A DNA stretch of 64,000 nucleotides, taken from NCBI GenBank assembly GCA_050575255.1, contig JBNZDD010013718.1:3030113-3094112 (forward strand). The letters run 5' to 3'. The notes under the pieces are model-generated. The model did no database searches, was not told the DNA's origin, and saw only the letters and a program-made list of their open reading frames with translations. The stretch's first letter is position 1. Each line of letters begins with the position of its first letter. The stretch is from Harriotta raleighana. Lineage: Eukaryota. Positions 13,521 to 25,377 of this stretch are shown here, piece after piece. A program made the position numbers and the translations under genes.

Positions 13521-13779
13521 CTTAATGGAAGAAACTGAGTATAAATTGACTATGCAAAACATCCAGGTAGCAAAAGTATTAGAATCATGAGGCGAAAATG
13601 ACAGTAGAACAGCAGCATTCAATCTAAATTAGGAAATTCTGCCACGGGGTACCCAAACCCTAATGTACAGCCTTAAATAGGCACATTTCAGAATTGATAA
13701 GGACCAAGGTTAGGAACATAAATTGCAGGGCTTCTCTCAAGGTTAACTGTGTCAACGATGAATGGTTAACCACCAAAAT

Positions 13780-14420
13780 TGTTATGCAACAGGAAAGTAC
13801 ATACCAAGTTCAGCGGGAGCTATTTAAACATAAATGTTCCGAAATGGATTAACAGGAAAATTAAATGTGTCAAATATGAATGGTCATCCTCCAAGGGAGC
13901 TTGAGATTAAGGGAAAATATGTGATTTACAACTCATGTAGGAAGAGGGCAGTCATTGGTTTTGAACATGATTATTATACAGAAGCAAGTTCATAACAGAA
14001 TGGATGCCAATAGAGAACTGGAAAATGAAAGAGCAGCAAAATACTGCTGCCAAAAAAATGATCCCAATACTATAATAGCAAAAGGATAGTCAAAGCGGAC
14101 GTTAAAACCCCACGGGACTTGAAGAGAGTTGGAAATAAAGCAGAACAGGAAATACATATAAATATACTACTTCTTGGAGGGTTTTAATGTGGGAAGACTT
14201 TAACTCTATGCTGCTCAATGTCAAGTGTTCTCTAGGACTATGGATTGTGAAGCAGGTGCTCAAAAAGCTGAAGTCAATACATCAATCTCGATGGATGAAA
14301 TATATCCCCAAAGTACTGAGAGAAAAAAGGAGATTAGTGAAATCCCTGGAATCATTTTGAGGACACCAATAAACATTGTGGTGGGTTGACTAGTCAGTCT
14401 ACCATTTCCAAAAAAGATGA
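13780..14420 (+). mobile_element. Highly decayed CR1 ORF2 internal fragment
   Basis: Purine-rich, with remnants of CR1 motifs PKWIN..IK (ccgaaatggattaacaggaaaattaaa), D.IYPKVLRE (gatgaaatatatccccaaagtactgagagaa) and IFKKG-like (ccatttccaaaaaagatg). Many stops and frameshifts. Confidence 0.55.
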
Positions 14421-14857
14421 GGTAATAATAACATCAATCAACAGAATCTCAACGATTGTCTATGTTATGCCACAAATTTCTTTGGTTCTCAAAAGAAAAT
14501 TGTGTTTTCCCTTTTATTTAAGTGCTTCTGATATTTTATCATGTCTTTGGCTCTCAGTGATTCCATTAAAGGCTTGTGGCATACTCCAGGTCTATCTGTT
14601 TTTAATATGTTAATGTAAAACAGTAGAGTGCTGAAAGATTGAGCTCTTATCAATTTAATTTTGCTTTCACAATGCATCTCAAGCATTGTGGGTGGGTGGG
14701 TGGTGGTGGGGGGAACCTAAGCTATCTTCTTATACTTTAGTAAAATACATGCATTGCTTTATTGTTATCCACTGGCTTATGGTTGTGCAACTGATGTTTG
14801 ACTGGAAGACATGTTCAGCAGGCAAGTGAAATATTTTGATGCAGAGTTCCTCCTGAG

Positions 14858-15820
14858 GTTTCCACTTCCACCCTCGACTCCAGGACTAGTGGCGTTCTGA
14901 CTGCGTGTCTGACCGACATTGAATCCTGGACGAGGGCCAATTTCCTCCAACTCAACGTCAACATGACGGAGGCCCTCTTGATTGGCTCGTGTCAGCGCCT
15001 CTGCACCTCAGGCGCTGACAACATCAGCATTCAAGGCTGCTCTCTCCACCTCTCGAAGTCAGTCAGGAATCTGGGCATCTTGTTTGACCCCAAACTGTCC
15101 TTCCTCCCTCATATCTGCTCCCTGACCGGTATCGCCTTTCACCACCTCCGCAATAATGCCAGGCTCCGCCACTACCTCACCTCCCATGCTGCCGAAACCC
15201 TCATTCACGCCTTTGTCACTCCCAGTCTTGACTATGTGAGCTCTCTCCTTGTCGGCCTTACCAACTCCTCCCTTCACAGGCTACAGATCATTCAGAATTC
15301 TGCAGCTCTTGTACTCTCCTGCACCAGGCTTCGTGATCACATCACTCCCATTCTGTCCACTGGCTCCCCATCCCCCAGAGGATTGAATTCAAGATCCTCG
15401 TCCTCACTTTCAAGGCCATTCACAGCCTTGCCCCCGCCTATCTCTCTGACCTGCTGTCTCCCTATCAGCCTGCCCACACCCTCCGTTCAGCAGACTCAGG
15501 CCTGTTCCGTGTCCACCGGCCTAACCGCCCAACCATCGGTGGCCAGGCTTTCAGCCTCTCTGCCCCGACACTCTGGAACTCCATCCCGCAGTCCCTCCGC
15601 CTTGCTTCCTCCCTTTCCTCCTTCAAGCCCAGTCTCAAGACCTTTCTCTTTGACCGTGCCTTCGGCTCCCCACCCAATTTTTCCCCCTCTCCCACTCTCC
15701 TTCCCCCTCCCCCTACTCCCGACCCTCCCCGCCTGCTTGGATTCCAACCTGACTGTTCAGCGCTTTGGGACATACCCCCGACGTGAAAGACGCGATACAA
15801 GTGTAATTTTGTTGTTTTTG
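14858..15820 (+). mobile_element. 5'-truncated L2 LINE (ORF2 RT C-terminus and 3' UTR), frameshifted
   Basis: Translates to LTACLTDIESWTRANFLQLN..TEALLIG, VRNLGILFDPKLSF, AFHHLRN, ETLIHAFVT..LDY, LQIIQNSAA and, after a shift near 15355, HWLPIPQRIEFKIL. All are typical L2 ORF2 motifs. The tail ends gtaattttgttgtt. Confidence 0.92.
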
Positions 15821-16239
15821 CCTCTTCGGTACATTTTATTCATTCATAAAGTAGAATAGTACTTTTCACTTGCTGACCCTTTGTCGGACTTTTGGGGCTT
15901 TTTCTCAGCCTGGAAACATGCTGAAAATAAAACTTCGACCAAAATGAATAACTAGAGGAAAAATAAACAGACAACTAGGGAGCTTGTCCACCTTGTATTT
16001 CGCCTTAAAAGAATAGACAGGGCGGCTCTCACACATAAACAGTGTTTAAGTGCATCTTCAGCTCAGCATTGGAAAAGTACTTCAAGGGTGGCGTTGGGGT
16101 AGGGTGGGATGGGGAATACATTAAAAGTCTAAAGATAAATGGAAAAGAAAGGAAAAGTGCGTATCTTATAATGCAATTTTGAATTGCACTTTGACATGGT
16201 TTCTTTTAGGTGATAAATCCACGTTCCTTATAAAAGTCA

Positions 16240-16518
16240 GAGTCCTGTAGCTCAGTGGTTAGAGCACTCGCCTCACAAGCGAGAAACTTTGATTCAATTC
16301 CAGGCAGGGCAAAACCTTGGCAACTTTCCTTACTCCACAAGCCTAATAATAGTCCCTTAAAAAAAAATTGGTCATTTCAATCCACAATTGACTGCTGCGT
16401 TTCGCCCACAAATATACAGTCGATTCATTTTACAGTATATTCTGTGAAATGCTTTGAGACATTTAGAAGATGTGAAAAGTGCTGTATCAAATGCAAGGAT
16501 TATCAGTACTATATTATT
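16240..16518 (+). mobile_element. Short tRNA-derived SINE with L2-type tail (near full length)
   Basis: A box TAGCTCAGTGG (16248), B-box-like GATTCAATTCC (16291), body cagggcaaaaccttgg and tail ctttgagac...gtgaaaagtgctgtatcaaatgcaaggattat. Many copies in the window. Confidence 0.85.
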
Positions 16519-16555
16519 AGTGCAAATGTGTGCTGGAAAAAATATATACACAGTA

Positions 16556-16943
16556 CAGTAAAACCTCCTTTATCCGTGACCTGATCAACCGGATTGCTCG
16601 ACCCCCTCCCAGGGCAATTCCCATTCCAGGAATCGCGAGTTTGCTCGCTTTGCACACGCGTGCGCATGCGCACTTATGAAACATACGAACTCAAGTTTTT
16701 TACCGATTGGTAAAAAATGCTGTTTTATCGATTTTTTTTACCGACTGTGCTGGAATGCTTTATTGGTAAGTATCCATACAATATTCTGTTATTATGTAGT
16801 GTATTATTAACATGGTATGTTTTAAAATAAATAATTTTTTTATGTTGGGTTTTCGGCAACTTGTCCCCCGTTTATCTGGCACAGTCAATTAGTCGCCCCC
16901 CACCCCCACCCTCCGAGCGTGCCGGATAAATGAGGTTTTACTG
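16556..16943. mobile_element. Non-autonomous Tc1/mariner (pogo/Tigger-like) MITE, 388 bp
   Basis: 21 bp TIRs CAGTAAAACCTC(C/A)TTTATCCG with one mismatch, TA on both sides (16554-55 and 16944-45), no ORF. Confidence 0.88.
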
Positions 16944-18224
16944 TATAATCATTAAAAAAGTTACAAAATGTTCATCCTGTTCAATACTGTACTACAGTAT
17001 ATTGATATTGCAACACACAAATAATCCACGTGATCATGTTACAACTGTAAAGGATCTGTGAAGTCACTTGCACTGAATAGTACTTGGGACACATACTTTC
17101 CTTCTGTCTATTTTGCCAATGTGCTAAGTGATGTCTACCCACAGACATTAACAGTGTGAAAGGATTGGAAAGCCCTATTTTGATCCATCTTGCATATTCC
17201 AAGCTGTCACTTTGTTTATCCATAATTTGCTACCAGATGAATCCTTAAACCTTGCCAATGTGTTAAAAAACATTATAAATAATTTTCAAAATCTATTTCC
17301 AGGAAATAAAAGACTAATAAAATCATTTAGCTGGGAGAGAATGTCATTATTCATTTTCTTTCCACAGGAAGGGTGAGTTGAACTGTCATGAGCTTTAAGA
17401 GGTGGGGTCTGCAAGATTGCCTCTTCATTTGTTGATGGATAAAAAAAAATACTTTCAGCCATTAACAGAATCAGAAAAATGAATGCTTGATAAGAATAAG
17501 TACTTTTTGGCATCTCGAAAGCTCAGATAAGTAGAATATGTTTGATATACATTTAGAGTCCATTCTACACACAGAATTTTCTTTGAATTTGGTTCTGAAT
17601 CAGCAAGCTATGTGACAATAGTAATTTATGTGCTTCATCATTTCCTTTTCTGTGTGATGCAGAATTATAAAGCACATAATAACTTACAGCAGTGATTTTG
17701 ATAAAAAATTAAGTGTTTTTTATAAAATGTTGACTGTCTGATTAATTGATTAAATATGTCTCAAGGATTAGCAGCCCCGGGAATAATTATCAATCACGGA
17801 ATAAATTATCCAGTTTATTCTTCTCTGAGTATGGTGTTACTAAAAATATAATTATACACGATGTTGCAAGACCGAAGGGAAAAACCAAATCTGTTGCTAA
17901 AGATTACAGGAAGACTGATGTAGAAATCCTGATTGCTAAAAGCTCCCATTATTCTCTTGGGTGCTCTCTGATTTTTGTAACATATCAGAAATGGTTCTCT
18001 TCAACACCTTGATGTAAAGTTTTTTTCCCCAAAGTGTTCAAGGTATAAAATGTTCCTTCATCCTGTTAATGGTCTTACTATTACTAAGACTAGATGTCAC
18101 AGCAAACTATGTTAAGAAGAAGGGAATCACGTAGACATCCCACTCGATACAGTTACCTAGAATCATTTTATTTGCATTGTGCAGGTGCGGATAATGATTA
18201 ATTCACATTGATTTGTGATTGATT

Positions 18225-18400
18225 CAGAAGATCACAGGAGAGGTTTGGATAAAGAAGTCCTTCTGGCCCATTTGATCTTATTCTTCCAGAGTGCTTACCC
18301 AATCTTCTTCCCATTACAGTATCAAATTGTTTCTTATTTGTCCATTTGTCTATCCTTTCTGGTAACCAGTTCCAATTGTTAATTATCCCCTGTTGAAAGT
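18225..18400 (-). mobile_element. CR1 LINE 3' fragment
   Basis: The reverse complement reads IINNWNWLPE...KKQFD and has a 3' UTR ending cttctttatccaaacctctcctgtgatcttc, matching 21815-22068. Confidence 0.7.
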
Positions 18401-19444
18401 TACTCTCTGTAACAAGATTGGGTGGAGAGGGAGTGAATGAGGAGGACGCCCAATTTGTGATCAACCTTTTGCAAATCTCACCACAAACCTTGCCATCCAA
18501 TAATCAGAAATCACAACGAAACAACTTACTGTATAAATAGAAAGTGCCCTTCATGGGAGGAACCACAATTAATGCAACATATTCAGTCTGAGAGTATTGC
18601 ATTTGGGATCCCATTGTTTCTTCAACCGTGCACTGTCCCCATGTTCAGAACAGTTGGGAAAATATAGTATCATGTTGGGTGCAAGTGCTACAAGAAAGTT
18701 AATACTGTGCATGAATTGATAAATGAAAATGTCAGAGCTCAATTTGCTAAGTAGGATGTGTGGATAAATTTGCATTGGCACTTGGTGAGTTTTGGCGTGA
18801 AGCATTCTCTTACAACATCCAGCATATGGAAAGATAAGCAGTTACCACCCAGTATATCGCTTGAGTGCCATTTTTCTGTCGACACCAATGATTGATGCAA
18901 GGTTTATTCTGCAATGGTGGCTGGGAGATGTGCCAGGCAGTCCGCGGGCCAACATAAGTTTTGGGTCAGGATGGACACATCTTAAGAGAAAGAGAGAGAG
19001 ACCCATTAGCCAATCCACCTAATAAATGTAATAAATATTTTCAATTAAAAAGGTTGTTAATTTTTCAAACAAGAATTGAACAAATAGCTGGCAGTTACAA
19101 GCAGTTATAAACAATTCCCTGAAAGAACTCTCACAACATACCACGACTTTAAGTACTTATGGTTATTTTTCAATTGCTTTTATTGATTTTAAATTTTTGC
19201 TCAACATTTGTAATGGCGATGAAAATGAATCATCAGTGTATAGATGAGCCATAAACATATAAAAATAGACATAATACAGGATTAACAACATTCGGCAACC
19301 CCTCTAATGTCTTGAAAGATTGCTTTGACACACTCATCACATCATCTACAAAGGGAGGAATAGCCTTAAAGTCATAACAAAGTCAATTAGAACTTTTTTT
19401 TGAAACAAATTGTGTTTGGTGCAGAAATTAACAACTTCACACTG

Positions 19445-19757
19445 TGGGTTAAGAGGTGGAACATTCCTATCAAGTGAGAGACCTTAGTTTGATTCCAGGC
19501 AGGGCAAAACCTTGGACAAGTTTCCTTATTCCACATGGCTTATAATAATCCTTCAAGAAAAAAACACACAATAATAAATTGGTTACTTCAATGCATGAGT
19601 GTTTGTGGGACATTGCTGTGCACAATTGACTGCTGCTTTCGTCCACAAATATACAGTCAATTCACTTTATAGTGTATTAAGTGAAATGCTTTGAAACATC
19701 TGGAAGACGTGAAAGCATTATATCAAATGCAAGGATGATGATTATTATTATTAATAA
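19445..19757 (+). mobile_element. Short tRNA-derived SINE with L2-type tail
   Basis: Co-linear with 16240-16518 (gattccaggcagggcaaaaccttgg...caaatgcaaggat...attattatta). Confidence 0.85.
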
Positions 19758-20489
19758 CCCTGAATCTTATGAGTTTAAATACTAAACCAAATGCTATGTG
19801 AAGTTTTGCACAGTGGCATCGTTTTGGGATGTCAAATGTAAAATGCAAGGATTTGGTTTTCATGTCGATGTTGTGCTAACTCTCGATATAAAAGCAGTGA
19901 CAAGTGCAGCTGTTGAAACAACTATAGTACATTGTAGAATCAGCCTTTGTGTTATCAGCAATCTCTTTTATAAGCTTGGTAAAATCCTCTGCACAAAGTC
20001 AGAGTAACATGATAAAAAATAAAGATTGTCTGGGGAAAGTAAAAGCACCAAACACAGTGTGACAAATATTTACAGGCACCAATAAGAGTAATAAAGTACT
20101 GAAGTTACAGTACCTTTGGGGGGTGGGAGGGGGGGTGGTGGGGGGAAATAACAAAAAGTAGAAAATGGAAACTTTGAAACATAGGGAAATAGATCTATAA
20201 ACTAATGGTATGTAACTACCACATCCACTCGAGGCTGTCAAATCATGCTATGCACAATTGTAAACAAATTTGAACAACAACAACATTTATATAAATTGCA
20301 TTTATATAGCCCCTTCAATGTCAGGAGGATGTCCCAAGGCATCTATTAGAAGAACGAATGGAGAAGTCCAAACCCATTGCTATTTCTCCTGAGATTGTGT
20401 GCTTCTGTCTATGTTTGCTTTTGTTTTCTTTCCACTTTTCTCCCTTCTAATCCTGAAGGTGCCTTATTTATCAACCGGGAATATAGATG

Positions 20490-20790
20490 GCACTGGCAGC
20501 TCTCTGGGTACCTTGCCAAATGGCCATTCTTGTGTGAGACCAGATAATGATTCTCAGCAGGCTGTTTGTCACTGGGGAATTTGACAGCCAAACCTGATCC
20601 CATCCTCGTGCATTATCCCAGTAATAGTCACAGGACAGCAATCATCAGAAGGAGGGACCTTCGTCTATTTACCCTGTCTCTTGTCCAGGAACAATCAGGC
20701 CGAATGAATCAAGGTCGGCTGAGATCATCATGGCTGAAACTTTGAACCTTTCTGCTCTGTGTGGCTCAGTACCACACAAGGTGGTTGACG
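20490..20790 (-). mobile_element. Second old SINE family, decayed
   Basis: The reverse complement has gtggtactgagccacacagagcagaaaggttc...gatctcagcc...ctgatgattgct...acagcctgctgag, homologous to 5040-5300. Confidence 0.6.
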
Positions 20791-21814
20791 TACTCATCAA
20801 GCCAATGGAGTTATCTGCTTTCAAATTATTTTAATTTTAAAATTGAGTATGGCAATAATGATTCCACTTGCTTGCACTGGATCTATCTTGCAGAAACCAG
20901 ACAGGTAGGAACACACAACAGTACTTTCCTCAATTGGGCATAACAAGATGAGTGTCAGAGTACAAGGAGTATCGCTACACCTTTAATAATATCTTATGGA
21001 ATTAAGGATTGGCTGTGACACTGCTTCTAAGAAGTTCTGCCTTCAATCCATTCCAGTCCATTATCTCTGTAACAATTCAAAGAAGCTTTTCAAGATAAAA
21101 ACAATATTAAATGATAAAATGGGGGCATCGAGCACCTTGGGACACGTTGAAAGGCATTGTAATGTAAATTTATATTGTATTGGAACAATTGTATTGGACT
21201 TCTAAAGTGTAATTATTTTAACACTGTAATTCTGTGTGTGCCATCTTAACAATTAAGTTTATATTAATCACCATTATTAATATAAAGAACAGATTGTTAT
21301 CATTATTACTTTGAAAGTAAAGATTTAAGTTTTTTAAAAACGCAATGGGAAATTCCACGTACTGTACATTGCCAAGCATCATTGTTAACCTCATTTTGTT
21401 CCTGAGAGGCAACATTTCTGGAAAGTTTAGCTAGTGTAGCTGTGCTGCTTGATTGTTCAGTTTAAGCAGTAATGCTATGACATGGAATCTGCTCTTTGAC
21501 CTTGCAACATTCTGCATTTAATATATTTACTTGTAACACATGTGCAGCCAAACATCAGTGCAAATACAAGTCTGATTTTCTTGAGCACAACCACAAACTG
21601 CTCCCACAGCAGCCGTGGAAGATTTCCTTTCACTGCATAAATGTTCATTTAAATCTAGTCGTTTTAGTTGAAAATCTGTTGACACAGTAAAATTCAATAA
21701 ACATCACAATGACTGACTAGTTTTGTGGCTCTTTGATGCTTTCTGAGGCTTTCATTCTGTCATTCTCCTAAATTCTTTTCTTCTCTTTGAATCATTGAAT
21801 CAGAAATTGCAATC

Positions 21815-22068
21815 ATCAAAAGGACACAAGTTTAGAGTTGTGAAGGGCAAATTCAAGACAGACACCAGGATTTTTTTCTTTACCCAGAGAGTAATTAACG
21901 ACTGGAATAGGTTGCCAGGAAGGGTGGTTCAGTCTCAGACCCTGGTCTCATTTATAAAACAGCTTGATGCTGTGATGGGAGGAAGCTGAGGTGGGTGTTC
22001 TGGATGGATTAGATCAGGTGGACCAAAAGGCCCTCTTCATCCAAACCAACCTCATGATCTTGTGATCA
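21815..22068 (+). mobile_element. CR1 LINE 3' end
   Basis: The ORF 21795-21989 contains GHKFRVVKGKFKTDTRIFFFTQRVINDWNRLPGRVV...FIKQLD, the canonical CR1 ORF2 C-terminus. The tail is a short repeat, catgatcttgtgatc. Confidence 0.9.
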
Positions 22069-22191
22069 CTCCCTGCCCTTGTCCTGAACACTTGGAAATG
22101 ATTGGCAGGAAAGGATGCTTGAATTCAGGAAACAGGAGTCATTTACGGAGCTTGATACTGTAATCGGGAAAAGGTTGCATTTGCCATCTCT

Positions 22192-22400
22192 AATAATAAT
22201 AATCCTTGCATTTGATTTAGCACTTTTTACGTCTCCTAGATGTCTTAAAGCACTTCTGCTTTAATATACTGTATACAGTATTTGTGGGCAAAACACGACA
22301 GCCAATTGCACACAGCAGTGTCCCACGAACAGTCATGCATTGAAGTGACCAAGTTATTATTGTATTTATCTTCTTGAGGGATTATTATCAGGCGTGTGAA
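22192..22400 (-). mobile_element. Short SINE, 3' two-thirds
   Basis: aataataatccttgcatttgat...tttgtgggcaaaac...caattgcacacagc...gaagtgacc is the reverse complement of the 19445 family. Confidence 0.8.
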
Positions 22401-23039
22401 AGGATAAGATTAAATGAGTCAAAGGTCCTTCTTTATCCAAAGGCTCTCTTGCGATTTTGTGATAACAGTCCTGCATTCTCCCTCCCACTTTCACAAATAA
22501 TAATAATACAGTACTTGGATTTGATATACAATCATGCCTTATGTTGTTGAGACTTCTGAAAGTGCATCACAGAATACATTTCAATGTGGATTGACTAATT
22601 AAAACTTCCAGGACTCATTTCATACATTCAAGAAATTCATACATGACAAAGAAAACTACAATTCCCAGCAGCCTGCGCACATCCTTACATGAACAGATGG
22701 TAACATGACATCAAGTGTGCAGAACTTAGAAAATCTTTTAAAATGCAAAATAAGAAACACTTCCCTTCGCCAGCTGTACAGCTTCTGTTCTTTGGGAGAA
22801 ATAAACCTTCTACGATCCTACATTGTTCTGTGTGCAACTGTGGAGAAGGGGGGGCAGGAAAGGGGGAATAAGGCTATTGGAAACGTAGGCTAGAATGGAA
22901 TTTGCCCTTGGCAATGCTGGCTACTTGTCACTGCAGGTCAAAATTCTGGATCTTGTTCAGATCTAAATGCAGTCTGTTAGGTATTAGTGTGGTCTTGCGA
23001 ATAATTAACTAGCTGATGTGTTGGCAAAGCCTGTACTTT

Positions 23040-23430
23040 TTTCTCTCTCTCTCTCTCTCTGCCGAAAGCCTATTCAGCAAGACCTGCGAAAGACATGTTA
23101 AACTATTAGTAACACTGTGGTATCAATCAAGATTGCCATGGTAACAAAATTTGCCTCCTGGCAAAAATCTGTTACCTGATAAATCCGCGTCATAAATTGT
23201 TAATCCAATAATACCTGCAATCGCACGTTTAAATTGGATTGTGCACATGGAGAGAGAGAGAAAATTTGAAACACTTGACAAATTCTGTCCATTTTATCGC
23301 AAAAATGTCAGAATCAAAAAGCAACTCTTGTCAGTTTTTCCATATTTGTCTTCGTAGTTAACAAAGCGAATCATCGATCCTTGTTGGGTCATGAACAACT
23401 TTAATTCTCTTTGTGTTCCTACAGATGTAA
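23040..23430. promoter_or_regulatory. Candidate regulatory block with RFX X-box-like site
   Basis: (CT)n at 23042-23060, ATCAATCA at 23122, ATTGCCATGGTAAC at 23132-23145 (one mismatch from GTTRCCATGGYAAC), and retained CpGs. Confidence 0.4.
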
Positions 23431-25070
23431 GACACTTCTCAACTAGACTTTTGTTGTGCTTAAATTCCTATCATCCCTTGCCATTTGATGTGGCGTACAT
23501 GATCTGCTTGGAGCTGCAGTCACATGTGGCTTGCTTATGTTCGATTTCAGCACATGTGTTAGCAATGCTTTCTCCACTCCCCATCGGTATTTTCCTATAT
23601 TTGCTTTAGAAATGAAAGAATTTGTGGCCTCCCATGATATACTTTCAACAATATCATGCGTCATACTATGATAAATCTGCAGAGTAGATTATTGACGTTT
23701 GTATTCTTCCATTTGACTTTCATATAGCAAAACAGAACTGATTCCCCACTTATCATTTGGCTCAGATTGCGGTACATATTCATAATACGAGGAGTCCACA
23801 GCGGGCAAAAGTTGTGCAAGATTTTCTTTTCTACACATGCCATTCTGGATTAGTTGCCTTTTTCATTCCATACCTAATCCCTCTATGTTGAGGATGGATA
23901 ATCTAGCAATTTCAAATATTTGTTGTTTACTCGATTCAATTATTTTGTGAGAAGCATCAGTATCTTGGCACGATAATCCTCAAATATGAGGGTAATCCAT
24001 CCAGTTTATAAAACCTGAAACTCAAAGCTAATGACACTTCTCATTAATACTATGGAGAATTATTTCATGAACCAGCTCTAGTGGTTTACTACCCTAACGA
24101 TTTAAATACTGTAGTACATTTAAAAAAAAACTTAGTTGATTCTTTAAGCACTGTTTTCTGGCTAATAATAAAAATCATAAAGGTCCTTGTATTTCATACA
24201 GTGCCTTTCATGTCGGGAAGACGTCTCAAAGCAACTCACAGGATATACTGTTAAATGTAGTAACTGGGTATTTTGTAAGCGAATGTCCATTGTCGGACTT
24301 AAATTCAGTTCAACATTTGGAAAGCCAATGGCTTTATTTTATAATTGGTCATGTCTACTGCCATGCCTACTGTCTCGTGTTTACATTTGGTGGATCTATA
24401 ACACTTTTGGAAGCCACAAAAAGGGGTGTGTTATCACTTTGCATTAATCCGTTTTTTTAAAATTATAACAGCCCCCACTAAAAAGGGCCTGCATTCAGGA
24501 GCAATCAGGCTGTTTATGCCATTGAGAATATGTCTTTCGGGAGAAAGCAAACACATTTGCGACGTCAGTATTGATAATATGTTGAGGAAAAAGAATGTCC
24601 AGATCAATTGAGCCTCATTTGAGGAACAGGACAAAGCCAGGCTTCCAGCGAACCTAGGCCAGCTCTGATAAATTTGCCCTTATTATCCCTATTGATGTTT
24701 GAATTTCTTCAGCTTGTTGTTACATGGGCACAAGGCAGCGACAGCAAGTACCATGACCTGCTTCGATCCATAATCTACACCTGTTAGTGCTTTCCCCCTT
24801 CGTTTGTGAGTATGTTGCAGCTAAAAGGTTAACAAAAGATTTGTCTGGGAAAACAGGCTGGCTCTTTACTACTGCAGCAACAGATCAATGCAGAGTAAAT
24901 AACCTTTTCTACCTTATTTCCCAGAGCACTATTGATCCTTGTGCTTTTTTTCTGCTTTTTTTTTCCTTCAACGCTCCCAACTCTAACCCCTGGGACTCTA
25001 AAGATTGCCTCATATTGGACATGCTAACCTGCATATTATGACAGCTTGCGTTTGTCACACTGTGCATTGC

Positions 25071-25078
25071 TATATAAA
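25071..25078 (+). promoter_or_regulatory. TATA box of a putative promoter
   Basis: TATATAAAG in unique non-SINE sequence, preceded by TGACAG and TGTCA motifs and followed by a purine tract and a strong splice donor about 300 bp downstream. Confidence 0.55.
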
Positions 25079-25099
25079 GGTACTTGTTGGGTGGGGGTT

Positions 25100-25377
25100 G
25101 GGAAGTGGGGAGAGAGAGAGAGAGAGAGAAAGAGGGGGGAAGAGATAGAGAGAGAGAGAGAATCCTAGGCTTGTGTTTCCGCAACATGGCGAAGCAAAAC
25201 GTGAAAGACTTTTCTTCTGTTGTCTCTGCTGATTCCCGGACCCCAGTTGTTTTTTCTCCCACCGTCCCCCCACTCCCTCATCTCTACCTCTTTCCAAAGC
25301 AAGAAATGGACTTAAAAGGAGATTTAAAGAACAGGACTCTAGCAATTTCTGGAGCTGTTTGAGATTGGCCTTGGTGG
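25100..25377 (+). other. Putative first (5' UTR) exon of an unidentified gene
   Basis: Starts about 30 bp after the TATA box, contains (GA)n and retained CpGs, and ends TGG|GTAAGT (donor 25378-25383). The internal ORF stops before the donor. Confidence 0.5.
25110..25161 (+). repeat. Imperfect (GA)n microsatellite
   Basis: gagagagagagagagagagaaagagggggaagagatagagagagagagag. Confidence 0.9.

Noticed and set aside
14963-15859. 298-aa ORF as a cellular gene
   Set aside because: It is L2 ORF2 for about 130 aa, then out-of-frame L2 sequence and 3' UTR after a frameshift.
17535-17556. 14-nt similarity to miR-190 (atatgtttgatata)
   Set aside because: The 5' and 3' ends mismatch and no precursor hairpin is visible; probably chance in AT-rich DNA.
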